NCBI GenBank assembly: GCA_963845755.1
Contig: CAWJTV010000020.1
Coordinates: 480,001-544,000 of the forward strand
Reading direction: 5' to 3'
Origin: an uncultured Planctomycetota bacterium
Lineage (GTDB): Bacteria; Planctomycetota; Planctomycetia; Isosphaerales; Isosphaeraceae
Length of the DNA stretch: 64,000 nucleotides
A model generated the notes under the pieces. It ran no database searches, was not told the DNA's origin, and saw nothing but the letters and a program-made list of their open reading frames with translations. Each line of letters starts with the position of its first letter. Positions within the stretch are counted from its first letter, which is position 1. The position numbers and the translations under genes are program-made. This document shows, in pieces, positions 23,063 to 34,072 of this stretch.

Positions 23063-23821
23063 ATGCGGTTTGCCTTTCGGACGCGACCTCCGAGTATGGC
23101 GGTCCGATCCAGGCGGGCGAAGCCTCGGCTCGAGTCCCTCGAAGAACGGAATCTCTTAAGCCATGTCGCCGCGGGTGGAGTGGCGGGGGCTCTCGAACGG
23201 GGGATCTCAGTCCCGCACGGTGCACTCTATCCCTACAGCCTTCGCAAGCATCCGTTGAGCGAGAAGATCATTGGGGGGCATGTCACGAAGGTCCCGATGT
23301 TCTACGGTCCGTTCGCCGGACAACGGACACCGGAACTGGACGCGACCGGAGCGAATGGCCGGCTCATCTTCGGCCGGGGATTTGTCTTCACCGGTGAAGT
23401 GCTCGGCCCAATCAACCCGCAACAGCCCGCGGATTACGTCTTCGGGATCAACCGTGGCGGCGCCGCGGCGCCGGGCCCGTTCCTCAATCGGGCGATGATT
23501 TACTTCGACGCTCTGGCAATCGTCTCAACCGGCCCTGATGGCACCACCGGCACGATCGAACTTCTCAACGCTCAGGGACAGCCCAAGTCGAGCGTGACGC
23601 TCCCCGCCGATGCCGTCCAGATCCACGGCAACCAGGTCCAGGTCGAGTTCTCGGCGAGCCGGCTCCCCCCGACGAGTGCGCCCCGAACGCGTCAGCCCGA
23701 GTCGCGCTATTTCTATGCCTTCTGGGCCGGGACATCGCCCACCGCGCCCAACGGTATCGCCAGCTTCGCCCCCGAGTATGCGATCACCTCAGTGGCGGCC
23801 CAGGGATTTCCCAAGGGGTGA
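23063..23821 (+). CDS. Hypothetical extracellular protein with planctomycete LExRxLL motif
   Basis: RRAKPRLESLEERNLLS near the N-terminus; AGGGAGG RBS-like sequence upstream. Confidence 0.65.
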   Translation: MRFAFRTRPPSMAVRSRRAKPRLESLEERNLLSHVAAGGVAGALERGISVPHGALYPYSLRKHPLSEKIIGGHVTKVPMFYGPFAGQRTPELDATGANGRLIFGRGFVFTGEVLGPINPQQPADYVFGINRGGAAAPGPFLNRAMIYFDALAIVSTGPDGTTGTIELLNAQGQPKSSVTLPADAVQIHGNQVQVEFSASRLPPTSAPRTRQPESRYFYAFWAGTSPTAPNGIASFAPEYAITSVAAQGFPKG

Positions 23822-24003
23822 GATCGGACCGCGAGTGAGTAAGACGACGCGCGTTGGGACGCCGTCGCCCCAATCGGCCCGACGCGAAATCAAAACGATT
23901 GGCCCGCGGACTCTGCCATCGCGTCGGACTGGTGTGGCGCAGTGCGCAAACCGATTGATCGCCGCTCCAAGCACCTGGCCAGGGTTATCCTGCAGGGGTC
24001 CCA

Positions 24004-24068
24004 GGCGAGCGGGGGGCGTCAGCCCCCTGTCAGGTCGATCGGACAGGGGGCTGACGCACCCGCTCGCC
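24004..24068. repeat. REP-like palindrome, same family as the hairpin at 5996-6069
   Basis: GGCGAGCGGGGGGCGTCAGCCCCCTGTC-loop-GACAGGGGGCTGACGCACCCGCTCGCC, lying between convergent genes. Confidence 0.8.
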
Positions 24069-24121
24069 TCTCGGAACCGCCTCCGAACCCCGAAGAGTGC
24101 AAGGAATCCACGGCCGGCTGC

Positions 24122-25219
24122 TTAGCGTGCCTGGTCCATCTTCTGGAAGAAATTGGTCGCGTCGCTCGGATTGCCTACCGGCGGGGTTTTGCTATCGATC
24201 TTGGCCTCGGCCAGGATTTCATCGCGCGTCCGATCGAGGATCGTGAAAAGGCGTTGGAACGCTTGACGCTCCTTCGGCGTGGAAGCCGCCCCGAACCGGA
24301 GATTGTAAGCGTTCATGAAGCCGAGCAGGTTGCCGATCATGGTATCCTGAACCTTCTTGAGTTCCAGGATCGCCGGTTGGATGGTCGGCTTCTCCAGCAG
24401 GCTGAGCAACGACGTGGAAGCCGTGATGAATCTCAGGGCCTCCTTCTGATCGAGGGGATCCTTGAGCGGCTGGGCTTCGACCTTGGCGTGGAGATCCTTC
24501 ACGAAGCCCTTGGCCGCCCGAAGAGTCCTGGCCGAGAGCTCACCTTCGTTCGCCTGTTCCCGCAATCGAGCGACATGGTCATCGAACGTCTTCTGATCCT
24601 CGGCGAATCGTGGGTCCTCGAAGACCTCGGGCCACTTGATCGAGGTGCGCAATCCATCGAGCATGAGTGTGACACGTTCCGCCGCATTGACGAACGGGAC
24701 GTCGGCGATCAATGTCGCCGGGACCGGGGCTGTGGCCGCCAGCATCGCCGACCTGCCCAGCCTCGGATCGCTCAGATCGGCAACCGCGGCGTTCAAGGCA
24801 TCGCCGGTCTCGATGTCGCGTAGGGTCGGGCTCTCCCGGAGTTGTTTCTGACGCGCATCGTAGAGGGCTCGGTTCCTGGCGATTCGCCGGTTCACACGCT
24901 CGGCGTACATCCTTGCCGATTCACGCGTGACCTGGGCCACGTAGTCGTTGAACTTTATGGCCGTGGCGGCGTCGATGCTATTGGCCTGGGCCGTCTTGAG
25001 ATTGAAGATTCCTGCACCCATCGCGTAAAAACCGGCACCTTGCAGCGCGGCGCTCTCGGGGCTCGCGGCACCCCAACCCATCCATCCCCAGCCGTCAAAA
25101 CCCCACTGGGCGCGGGCATCGCGGCCGAACAACGAGAAAGCCAGCACCAAGCCGACTGACAATCGCATGCAACGGAGCATCGTGAACCTCCCGGGGCGAG
25201 CGTGAGCCCCAGCCGTCAA
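24122..25219 (-). CDS. Hypothetical secreted protein (start probably near 25180)
   Basis: Signal peptide ending ARA-QW, a Gly/Trp-rich N-terminus and a helical remainder. Confidence 0.65.
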   Translation of the reverse strand: MTAGAHARPGRFTMLRCMRLSVGLVLAFSLFGRDARAQWGFDGWGWMGWGAASPESAALQGAGFYAMGAGIFNLKTAQANSIDAATAIKFNDYVAQVTRESARMYAERVNRRIARNRALYDARQKQLRESPTLRDIETGDALNAAVADLSDPRLGRSAMLAATAPVPATLIADVPFVNAAERVTLMLDGLRTSIKWPEVFEDPRFAEDQKTFDDHVARLREQANEGELSARTLRAAKGFVKDLHAKVEAQPLKDPLDQKEALRFITASTSLLSLLEKPTIQPAILELKKVQDTMIGNLLGFMNAYNLRFGAASTPKERQAFQRLFTILDRTRDEILAEAKIDSKTPPVGNPSDATNFFQKMDQAR

Positions 25220-25580
25220 CAGTAAGTCAACCCTGGGAAACGGAAGACAACCTTGGTCCGAATACGGGTGATGATGGTTGAAGGCTCGTCCTCACCATGT
25301 GCCCCCGCTGCCACGGAGTCGTTTGTATCGGGCTCAAGAGGGGAGGATGCAGACCATCCCGAGACCCTCACCTCGACCCGATCACACGTCTCCGGCACCA
25401 AGGGAGAAACCGGTTGACCGACCCTGGCAATTCGCGATGACCGATCATACGCGGCGCATGAGCGCAAGGTAAGGGTGGAGCGGCGAGATCATCGAATCTG
25501 AATCTGACTGGTTGGCTCAAAGACTGCTTCCACGCCGTATTGCACGAGGTGACGCCCGGTCGGACGTCACGCCCGCCCGC

Positions 25581-26741
25581 TCACTGGGGCTGATTTATGG
25601 CCATGAGCAAGCCGCGCACGCGGCTCTCGAAGGTCTTGTCGGTGGCGAGCACGCGCTCGAAGTCCGCCTGGTTGATGACGTAGACCTCCACCTCGGTCTT
25701 GGCTTGCACCGTCGTCTGGATGGGGCGGCCGAAGAAGGAGGAGATCGTGCCGAATCCCTCGCCGAAATAGAGCTCTTCCTGATATTCACCACCCTTGTAG
25801 GCGAGCGCGACGCCCGAGCCGATCAGGTAGTACCGATCACCGAGTTCGCCCTCGCGGACGATGGTTTCGCCGGGATGACGGTATTCGACGGTCATCACGC
25901 TGGCGATCTTCGTCAAGCTGGCCTCGCTGAGTCCCTTGAGGAGCTCGCTCTGGCCCAGGGCGCGGGCGATGCGGACGGCCATCCGGGTCAGCGAATTGGT
26001 GATGATCCGGCCGCCCATCATGTTGACGACCCGGTCCGCGTGATCGATCACGCGCTGATCGTGCGTGACGATGAGCACCGTGGTCCGTTCGGGGCCATCG
26101 GCGAGCTTCCGGAGCAGCGCCAGCACGGTCTGGCCGGATTCCGCGTCGAGGGCGGCGGTCGGCTCGTCGGCCAGGACCAGCGCGGGGCGATTGACCAGGG
26201 CACGGGCGATCGCCACCCGCTGTCGCTGGCCGCCCGAGAGCTGGGCCGGCACGTGGTTCAGCCGTTCGCCCAGTCCGAGCTGCTCCAGGAGTCGCGCGCT
26301 CCGTTCGTTCATCTCTTGGACGTTCGATGGCCGCAGCGCGGTCGCCATCCGGACGTTTTCCTGGGCCGTCAACGAGCTGAAGAGGTTATGACTCTGGAAG
26401 ATGAATCCGATGTCCTTGCGCAGCTCGACCGCACCGCTCCCGTTCAGGGCCGAGACATCCCGATCCAGGACGATCAGCCGACCTTGCTGAACCCGCCTGA
26501 GGGCACCGATCAGGGTGAGGAGGGTCGTCTTCCCCGATCCGGAAGGACCGGTCATGATCACCACCTCGCCGCGACCGATCTCGATTTCGTTATCGAAGAG
26601 CACCTGGGTCCGCGTTTCCCCCTCCCCGAACCAGTAGCTCACCCCCAAGGCGCGGATCGCGAGTTCCTTGGCCATCGGCCGAGCGACGGCAATCGTCGCG
26701 CGCGAGGGAGATTCCTGGTCGAGAACGGATGCCGTGCTCAT
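25581..26741 (-). CDS. DevA-type ABC transporter ATP-binding protein with C-terminal cyclic-nucleotide-binding domain
   Basis: [40 protein letters not shown] and VTHD, followed by [20 protein letters not shown]...GEGFG (cNMP fold). Confidence 0.88.
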   Translation of the reverse strand: MSTASVLDQESPSRATIAVARPMAKELAIRALGVSYWFGEGETRTQVLFDNEIEIGRGEVVIMTGPSGSGKTTLLTLIGALRRVQQGRLIVLDRDVSALNGSGAVELRKDIGFIFQSHNLFSSLTAQENVRMATALRPSNVQEMNERSARLLEQLGLGERLNHVPAQLSGGQRQRVAIARALVNRPALVLADEPTAALDAESGQTVLALLRKLADGPERTTVLIVTHDQRVIDHADRVVNMMGGRIITNSLTRMAVRIARALGQSELLKGLSEASLTKIASVMTVEYRHPGETIVREGELGDRYYLIGSGVALAYKGGEYQEELYFGEGFGTISSFFGRPIQTTVQAKTEVEVYVINQADFERVLATDKTFESRVRGLLMAINQPQ

Positions 26742-26767
26742 GGTGGATGACTCAATGATTCGTGGAC

Positions 26768-27938
26768 TCAGTGGAAAAGCTGGGCGGGATCAGCCGAGGC
26801 CAGCCGGCGCGCGGCCAGGCAACCGGAGGACACGCACATGACCAGCGTCAGACCCAGGATCCCGGCCGCATCCTCGGTGCGAAGGTCCATCGGCAAGCCG
26901 GTCGCCTGGTGTACGACCCCGAACAACAATACGCTGACGACCAGCCCGGCCAGATAGCCGAGCATCGCCAGGTAAACGGACTGGTTGACGATGATGGAGA
27001 ACAACCGGAGGTCCGAATACCCGATCGCCTTGAGTGTCGCGAACTCAGCCAGGCGCTCGCTGACGTCCGAGAACAGGACCTGATAGCAGATAGCCAGCCC
27101 GACGATGAATCCCATGACGACCCCGATCGAGAAGACCGTCCCGATCGGCGCGACGTGATCCCAGAAGGCTTGTTCCTTGGCGATCAATCCCGCCTTGGTG
27201 AGGACGCGGACATCGGGCGGGAGGCTGGCCGCGATGTCCGCGCGCAATCTCTCGAGGTCGACACCCGGCCGGATGCGCAGCAGCCCGATGGTCACCCGGT
27301 CATCACCTTTCGTCAGACCGCGGAGGTCGGGGAGGATGTCCGCCAGGCTCTCGGAGCTCATGACGAGGGTCCCGTCGCTCTGGAAGTCGGCGCCGAGGTC
27401 GAAGGTCCCGACGATGTGAACGGTCTTTCCCGACAGTTCGGAGACGATCCCCGATCGGAGCGGCCCCAATCGTTCGGTACGCGATAGCGCATCGGCCATG
27501 GCTCGGCCGGGGCGTCCCCAATCGTCGCGCCGATCGATCAGTGCCGGGAGATCGAGCGCATCCTCGCGCAGGCGCGTAGGCGACGACACGGATCGGCCTG
27601 GGCAGGCCGTTCTCCGGGTCCCTCCAGAATGAGCGCCGAGTCTCGATAGCGATCGGCACGGCCGAGACGACCTCCGGGAACGCCTTGGCCTGTTCGATCC
27701 GACGATTGGGGAAACCATAGGGGACCGAGAGCGTGTAGACCGTCCGGCTGACGACGAACAACTGTCCATCGAAGTGCCGGATCAGGCCCACCATGCTCTC
27801 CAGCAAGGCATGACGGAAGCCGTTTTCCATGAACATCAGCGTCACGGCAAACGCCGTCCCGGCCACCGAAGCCAGCAGGCGCAGCTTGTTCTCGGTCAGG
27901 TTGCGCCAGGCAAGCGGTATAGTCGAACGAGGCTGCAT
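26768..27938 (-). CDS. DevC/FtsX-type ABC transporter permease (frameshift near 27570)
   Basis: IPLAWRNL...FAVTLMFMENGF at the N-terminus; GFIVGLAICYQVLFSDV..EFATLKAIGY...ADPAQLF at the C-terminus. Confidence 0.85.
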
Positions 27939-28209
27939 GGGCAGATCGCGATCCGGGCGATGATGCGAGCCGATCCGGATCCTCTCGTTGAGGAAGACCC
28001 GCAAGAATGCCTCTCATTGCGGCGGTGAACGGATCCGGCCCGGCCCGGCTCCTGATGGACGCCTTGGGCTACTCCCTTATAACATTCACCGAGCGGGGAT
28101 CGAAGCCCATCGCCTTGAACGCCTCGGTGCGTGCCGTCGCAGTTCGGTACGAGTCGCTCGGGAGATCCGCCGAGTCGCTCGTGGGGCAAACTCGGGTTGA
28201 GGTGGGATC

Positions 28210-28682
28210 TCATCCGGCTCCCGCCGGTACCGAACCGGCGCCTCGCCGGAGCGAGTCTTCCAGCAGGGTAACCAGGTCGGCGCGGCGAGTCAGGATCTGT
28301 TCGAGGTTGTAGCCGTCGAGGACGGTCAGGAACGCCTGCTGGGCGCGCTGAAGCAATCCCTTGAGCCCACAGGCGGGGGCGATCGGGCAGGTGTTCGTCG
28401 CCAGGTCGAAGCATTCGACGAGGTCGAGGTGCGGCTCGGTCTGGCGGATCAGCCAGCCGACGTTGATCTCCGCGGGTTGCATCGCGAGCCGCATGCCACC
28501 CCCTCGACCACGTTGCGCCCGACGACCCCCAGCTCCGTCAGAGTTTGGACCACCTTCACCAGGTGGTGCCGCGAGATCCCGAACGCCCGGCTGATCTCAT
28601 CGACCGAGATGACCTGATCGGGGTGACAGGCCAGGTAGATGACCAATCGCAAGCTGTAATCAGTGAACTGCGTCAGGTGCAC
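28210..28682 (-). CDS. nsrR: Rrf2-family transcriptional regulator, NsrR-like (frameshift near 28520)
   Basis: MHLTQFTDYSLR..IYLA and SRHHLVKVV motifs, three Fe-S Cys (CFDLATNTCPIAPAC), divergent from NO-detox genes. Confidence 0.8.
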
Positions 28683-28730
28683 GGAAACGCCTCGTAAGAC
28701 GGCGCCGACCGAAATAATCCCGGCGGCCGG

Positions 28731-28776
28731 TTGACAATCTCCCTTACGACAATAATATGGATTTAGAATACAAATT
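28731..28776 (+). promoter_or_regulatory. Sigma70-like promoter overlapped by a putative NsrR operator
   Basis: TTGACA (28731-36), 16 bp, TAATAT (28753-58). ATGGAT-TTAGA-ATACAA (28757-73) resembles the NsrR-type ATGyAT-N5-ATrCAT inverted repeat. Confidence 0.65.
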
Positions 28777-28864
28777 CAAGCGGGGCCCAGGCCCGGAGAA
28801 TCGACGGCGATCCCGAACCCTCATTGTCGGGTTCGTACCTTCCTGAAATCATGGGCGAGAAACG

Positions 28865-30226
28865 ATGACCATCGGAGACACTTTCTCGACTGGAGGCGAC
28901 GTCGCCTTCCCGCAAGTACGATGGTTGGGCGCCTTCCTGGTCGTTTGGGCGACGTTCGCGACCGCATCTGCCTCCGGTCAGGACATCGAGCGCGAACCGA
29001 TCCATTATCAGCGCGGCGACGCCTCGGAATGCGATCACGCAGCTCCAGGAACGACTCGCGAGTTCGAAGACCAAGCTGGAATTCGAGTCGGAGCACGGCT
29101 ATCTGAAGTCGCTGCTCCGCGCGCTCGACGTTCCCGAGTCGTCGCAGGTGCTGGTGTTTTCGAAGACGAGCCTTCAACGGGAGCGGATCTCGCCCAAGAC
29201 CCCGCGAGCCATCTACTTCAACGATGAGGTAATGGTCGGCTTCTGCCTTCGGGGCTCGGTGATCGAGATCTCGGCGGCCGACGACGGCCTCGGCACGGCA
29301 TTCTATACGCTCGAACAGGACCGCGAGGAGAAACCGAGCCCGCAACGACAGACCGATTCCTGCCTGCTCTGTCACGGCTCTTCGTCCAACCAGGGGTTTC
29401 CCGGGCATCTCGTCCGTTCGCTGTTCGTGGACTGGCAAGGCAATCCCTTGCTGGCTAACGGGTCGTTTCGTACCGATCACTCCAGCCCGCTCGCCGAGCG
29501 GTGGGGGGGCTGGTACGTGACCGGAACCAGCGGCGGACAGAAGCACATGGGGAACATGATCTGCCGGGGGTCGAAGCGCCCCGAGGAGATCGACAACGCC
29601 GAAGGCGTGAACGTGGTCGACTTGAAAGACCGATTCACGATCTCCTCCTACCTGGCGCCGCACAGCGACATCGTGGCCCTGATGGTGCTGGAGCACCAGG
29701 CCGGCATGCTCAACCGCCTGGCCCGAGCGGGCCTGGAGACGCGGATGGCGCGTGCATTATGAGCGCGAGATCAACAAGGCGCTGGGCCAGCCGCCCGAGG
29801 AGCACTCCGATAGCGCGCGGTCTCGCATCCGCAACGTGTGCGAGGACGTCGTCCAGTACATGCTGTTTCGCGAGGAGACGCGCCTCACCGATCGCATCGA
29901 GGGCACCTCCTCGTTCGCGGCCGACTTCGCGGCGCACGGCCACCGCGACGCGAAAGGGCGGTCCCTCCGCGACCTGGACCTGAAGACCCGCCTGTTCCGA
30001 TACCCCTGCAGCTACCTGATCCATTCGCGCGCCCTTCGATTCCCTTCCGGGCGAGGCGAAGGCGTATATCTATCAACGCCTCTGGGAAATCTTGAGCAGC
30101 CGGGGGAGTTCGAAGGAGTACCCCCATCTGACCGCGGCAGATTGCAAGGCGATCCTGGAGATCCTCCGGGAGACGAAACGCGACCTGCCGGATGACTGGA
30201 AAACTTCGTCGGACGCGTCCCGTTGA
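28865..30226 (+). CDS. Conserved hypothetical exported protein with a CxxCH heme-c motif (three apparent frameshifts)
   Basis: Signal peptide; SQVLVFSKTSLQ, PRAIYFND, CLLCH, RWGGWYVTG, SDIVALMVLEHQ and YPCSYLI segments spread over ORFs 28865, 29148 and 29752; merged stop at 30224-30226. Confidence 0.75.
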
Positions 30227-30256
30227 TCGCGAATCGGCCGGCTAGAGGATTGACAC

Positions 30257-30769
30257 ATGGATACTCGATCAGACTCCGGTGTGAGCGCCGTTGTGCCGGT
30301 AACGCGCCGATATGGCCTGCCCCTCTCGGAGCGGCCCGCCCTCCCGGATGCCGATGCCGAGGGGATCACCGAGGACCTCATCCGCGACGTCGTCCTGGAG
30401 TTCTACCGGCGGGCGCACCGCGATGCTCGGATCGGTCCGGTATTCGAGGCGCACGTGGACGATTGGAACGTCCATCTGGTGCGGATGAACGACTTCTGGT
30501 CGGCAGCCCTTCTCAGGACCGGACGATACTCCGGCAGGCCGGCTGAGCAGCATCGCGCGATTGAGGGCCTTGCCGCCGGACATTTCGACCGCTGGATCGA
30601 GCTGTTCGAAGAAACAGTGCGTGACCTGTGCCCGGCTCCACAGGCGGATGCGTTTCTCGTCCGCGCCAAACGGATGAGGGACGGCTTGATCATGGTGCTG
30701 GGGCTGGATCACAGGCCGTCGAACGCTCGGGCGACCGTCCCGCACGATCGAGGAAATAGCCGGGAATAA
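30257..30769 (+). CDS. Group III truncated hemoglobin
   Basis: FYRRAHRDARIGPVF, DWNVHL..MNDFWS, GRYSGRP..QH and HFDRWIELFEET. Confidence 0.88.
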   Translation: MDTRSDSGVSAVVPVTRRYGLPLSERPALPDADAEGITEDLIRDVVLEFYRRAHRDARIGPVFEAHVDDWNVHLVRMNDFWSAALLRTGRYSGRPAEQHRAIEGLAAGHFDRWIELFEETVRDLCPAPQADAFLVRAKRMRDGLIMVLGLDHRPSNARATVPHDRGNSRE

Positions 30770-31054
30770 CGTCCCGACCGGGTCGCAAGCCGGGCCCACC
30801 TTGTGACAGCCCCGCAGAACGAAACCCTCCCGACCGGAGTCCTCCGGTCCCGCCCACGGTGCGTCCTGAAGACGCGCGCTGAACGGTCGTAGACGCGAAA
30901 TCGGCAAATGATTGTCAACAAGTTCCCAGGCGGTATTCTCCGGCCCGCCAATCCGTCTGGGACATGTTCGTTCCCAAGGACCCACGAAGGAAAAGGCGCG
31001 GTTCGGAAGTCCTTCGCGCGGATGTTCATACTCTGGATCTGGGAGCCTCTACAG

Positions 31055-33350
31055 ATGCGATACATGCGGCTTTGGCTCGGACTTGGCTTGGTCATTGTCG
31101 GCTCGTTCACGGTGCTGGGTTACTTCGGAGGCGAGCTGTATCGTCAGTCCCCACCGATCCCGGACCAGGTGATAACGGCTAATGGCCGGGTGATTTACAC
31201 GGCACAAGATATCCTGGAAGGGCAGAACGTCTGGCAATCGATGGGCGGACAAGAGGTCGGGACGGTCTGGGGTCATGGGGCCTACGTGGCGCCCGACTGG
31301 TCGGCCGACTACCTCCACCGTGAGGCCACCTGGCTTCTCGACCACTGGTCGGCGGCCGAGCATGGCAAGACATACGAGAATCTGGGCAACGAGCCTCGCG
31401 CCGCCCTGAAGGCCCGGGTCAAGGAGGAGTTGCGCCGTAACACCTATGACCCCGTGACCGGCGACCTGACTGTGTCGCCCTTGCGGTCCGAGGCGATGGC
31501 CGCTGTCGGTGCCCATTACGCGGCGCTCTTCGGCCACGAGCCGAGCCTGGATCGGCTCCGGGACGCCTATGCCCTCCCCGCCGACGCGATCAAGACACCG
31601 GAACGGCAGAATCAACTCAATGCGTTCTTCTTCTGGGCCACATGGGCCTGCTCGACCAACCGGCCGGGCGCACGAGATCACCTACACGAATAACTGGCCC
31701 TCCGAAGACCTGATCGACAACCATCCTAGCGGTCAGGTCGTCGTGTGGTCGGTCGTCAGTTTCGTGCTGCTCCTGGCCGGGATCGGTGCCCTGGCATGGT
31801 ATTTCGCCGTCCAGAAACGCCATGAGGCCGACGACCACGACTTGCCTGCTGAAGACCCTCTGCTGGCGCTTCATGCCACTCCGTCGATGCAGGCCACGTT
31901 GAAGTATTTCTGGGTCGTGACCGCGTTGATCATCGCCCAGGTTGGTCTCGGAGCGGTGACCGCGCATTACGGCGTGGAGGGTTCAGGCTTCTACGGTATC
32001 CCGCTGGCGAAGTGGCTCCCTTACTCCGTGACCCGCACTTGGCATACGCAGATCGCCATCTTCTGGATTGCCTCGGCCTGGCTGGCGACCGGGCTGTTCA
32101 TGGCCCCGGCCGTCTCGGGCCACGAGCCGAGGTTCCAGCGGCTGGGAGTGAATTTCCTGTTCGTCTGCCTGCTGATCATCGTGGTGGGGTCGATGGCCGG
32201 ACAGTGGCTTGCCGTCCAGCAGCGGCTGGGGAACGTGGCGAACTTCTGGTTCGGCCACCAGGGGTACGAGTACGTCGACCTCGGCCGGTTCTGGCAGTTG
32301 TTCTTGGCCATCGGCCTGTTCCTCTGGCTGGCGATGATGGCCCGGGCGATGTGGCCGGCATTTCGCCAACCCGACACGAACCGCCATCTTCTCGGCTTGT
32401 TCCTGCTCGCCTCAGCGGCAATCCCGTTGTTCTACATCCCAGGGCTGATGTGGCACCGGCACACCAACCTGGCGATCGCGGAGTACTGGCGATGGTGGGT
32501 GGTCCACCTGTGGGTCGAGGGCTTCTTCGAGGTCTTCGCCACCGTCGTGATCGCCTTCCTGTTCACGCGCATGGGATTGCTGAAGACCGCCACGGCTGCG
32601 GCGACGGTCCTGTTTTCGACGGCGATCTTCCTTGCCGGTGGGATCATCGGTACATTCCACCACCTCTACTTCGCTGGCACGCCGACAGTCGTGATGGCCC
32701 TGGGCGCTACCTTCAGCGCGCTGGAGGTGGTTCCGCTCGTGCTGATCGGATTCGAAGCCTATGAGAACCTGACCATGAGCCGAGCGAGGCCGTGGGTCGC
32801 GGCGTACAAATGGCCGATCTATTTCTTCGTTGCCGTGGCCTTCTGGAACCTGGTCGGTGCCGGATTGTTCGGGTTCCTGATCAACCCTCCGATCGCCCTG
32901 TATTACATGCAAGGCCTGAATACGACCGCCGTGCACGGACACACCGCACTCTTCGGCGTCTACGGCATGCTGGGAATCGGCCTGATGCTCTTCTGCCTCA
33001 AGGGACTGACGGTGCATCAGAACTGGCGGACCGGCAGCTTGGCGGTGGCCTTCTGGGCGATCAATCTCGGGCTCGCATTGATGGTACTCCTGAGCCTCTT
33101 GCCGGTCGGGCTGATGCAGACCTGGGCGAGTGTCGAGCACGGCACCTGGTACGCCCGATCGGCGGAGTTCATGCAGACGCCCACCATGGACACCCTGCGA
33201 TGGCTGCGGATCGTCGGCGATACGATCTTCGCCGTGGGCATCATGGCGCTGGGGTGGTTCGTGCTGGGGCTGAAGACCGGCTGGTCGATCGCCCGATCGC
33301 CGGACGCCGTCGCGCGCGAGTTCCCGCAAGAAGCTCTGGCGGTCCGTTAA
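31055..33350 (+). CDS. norB: Quinol-dependent nitric oxide reductase (qNor) (frameshift near 31670)
   Basis: GTVWGHGAYVAPDWSADYLH, YTNNWP, GYEYVDLGR, WRWWVVHLWVEGFFEVF, GTFHHLYF, VHGHTALFGVYG and WYARS. Confidence 0.95.
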
Positions 33351-33476
33351 GGACGCGGCTCCGTCCGCCGATCCTGACTCCTCCTGTTGAGCGGACCGAT
33401 CTGGTAGAATCGACGCTCACGGGGGCCGTTCGACTTCTCCGATACAGGGTCGGGTCGTTCAGGGGGGAGCCAGGGC

Positions 33477-34010
33477 ATGACGATGCCAGACATGCCGGCC
33501 TGGGGGGATGATGCGCGTTGCTTTTATTCCGAGATCGGAGCGGAGTCGGCCGACCCCGTCAGCGTCTTCGATACCTGCGGCCGCGACGACGTTAGCAACG
33601 AGTCGCCCGGTGAGCTCTACCTGCGCCTCGAGCCTCGATCTCGCCGTTCACCGCGCATGCGGGTGCTCGATGCCGCCGGGCGCGAGGAGGGCATCATTCG
33701 CCCCGAGGGCCTGATGCCAGGCGTGTCTTACGCGATGAGCCGCGACGGCGAGCGGGTGTGGACGCTCTCGGTCCGATCGATCGTCCGCAAGCACCATGCC
33801 CTGGAGTGGGCCAATGCCGACTCCTGGACGTTCGACACGCCGTTCTACTGGTGGCAGCACCTGTCCGGCACCTCTCAGGGAGCCCTGCGGTTATTCGGCG
33901 GCGTCGGCCCGATGGCCCAGCTCTGGCTCATCTGGATCGAGCCCGGTTGGGACACGTTCGACATGCTGGCGGCGGTCGCGTTCCTGCACAGACAATGGTG
34001 GCACTGGTGA
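33477..34010 (+). CDS. Hypothetical protein
   Basis: Co-oriented ORF with a GGGGGAG RBS-like sequence, filling the gap between qNor and the oxidoreductase. Confidence 0.5.
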   Translation: MTMPDMPAWGDDARCFYSEIGAESADPVSVFDTCGRDDVSNESPGELYLRLEPRSRRSPRMRVLDAAGREEGIIRPEGLMPGVSYAMSRDGERVWTLSVRSIVRKHHALEWANADSWTFDTPFYWWQHLSGTSQGALRLFGGVGPMAQLWLIWIEPGWDTFDMLAAVAFLHRQWWHW

Positions 34011-34072
34011 GATGAAGGCGTGGCCGGTGTGACCGACGATGATGGTCCTTCGACCGTGAGGGAGTCGAGTGC

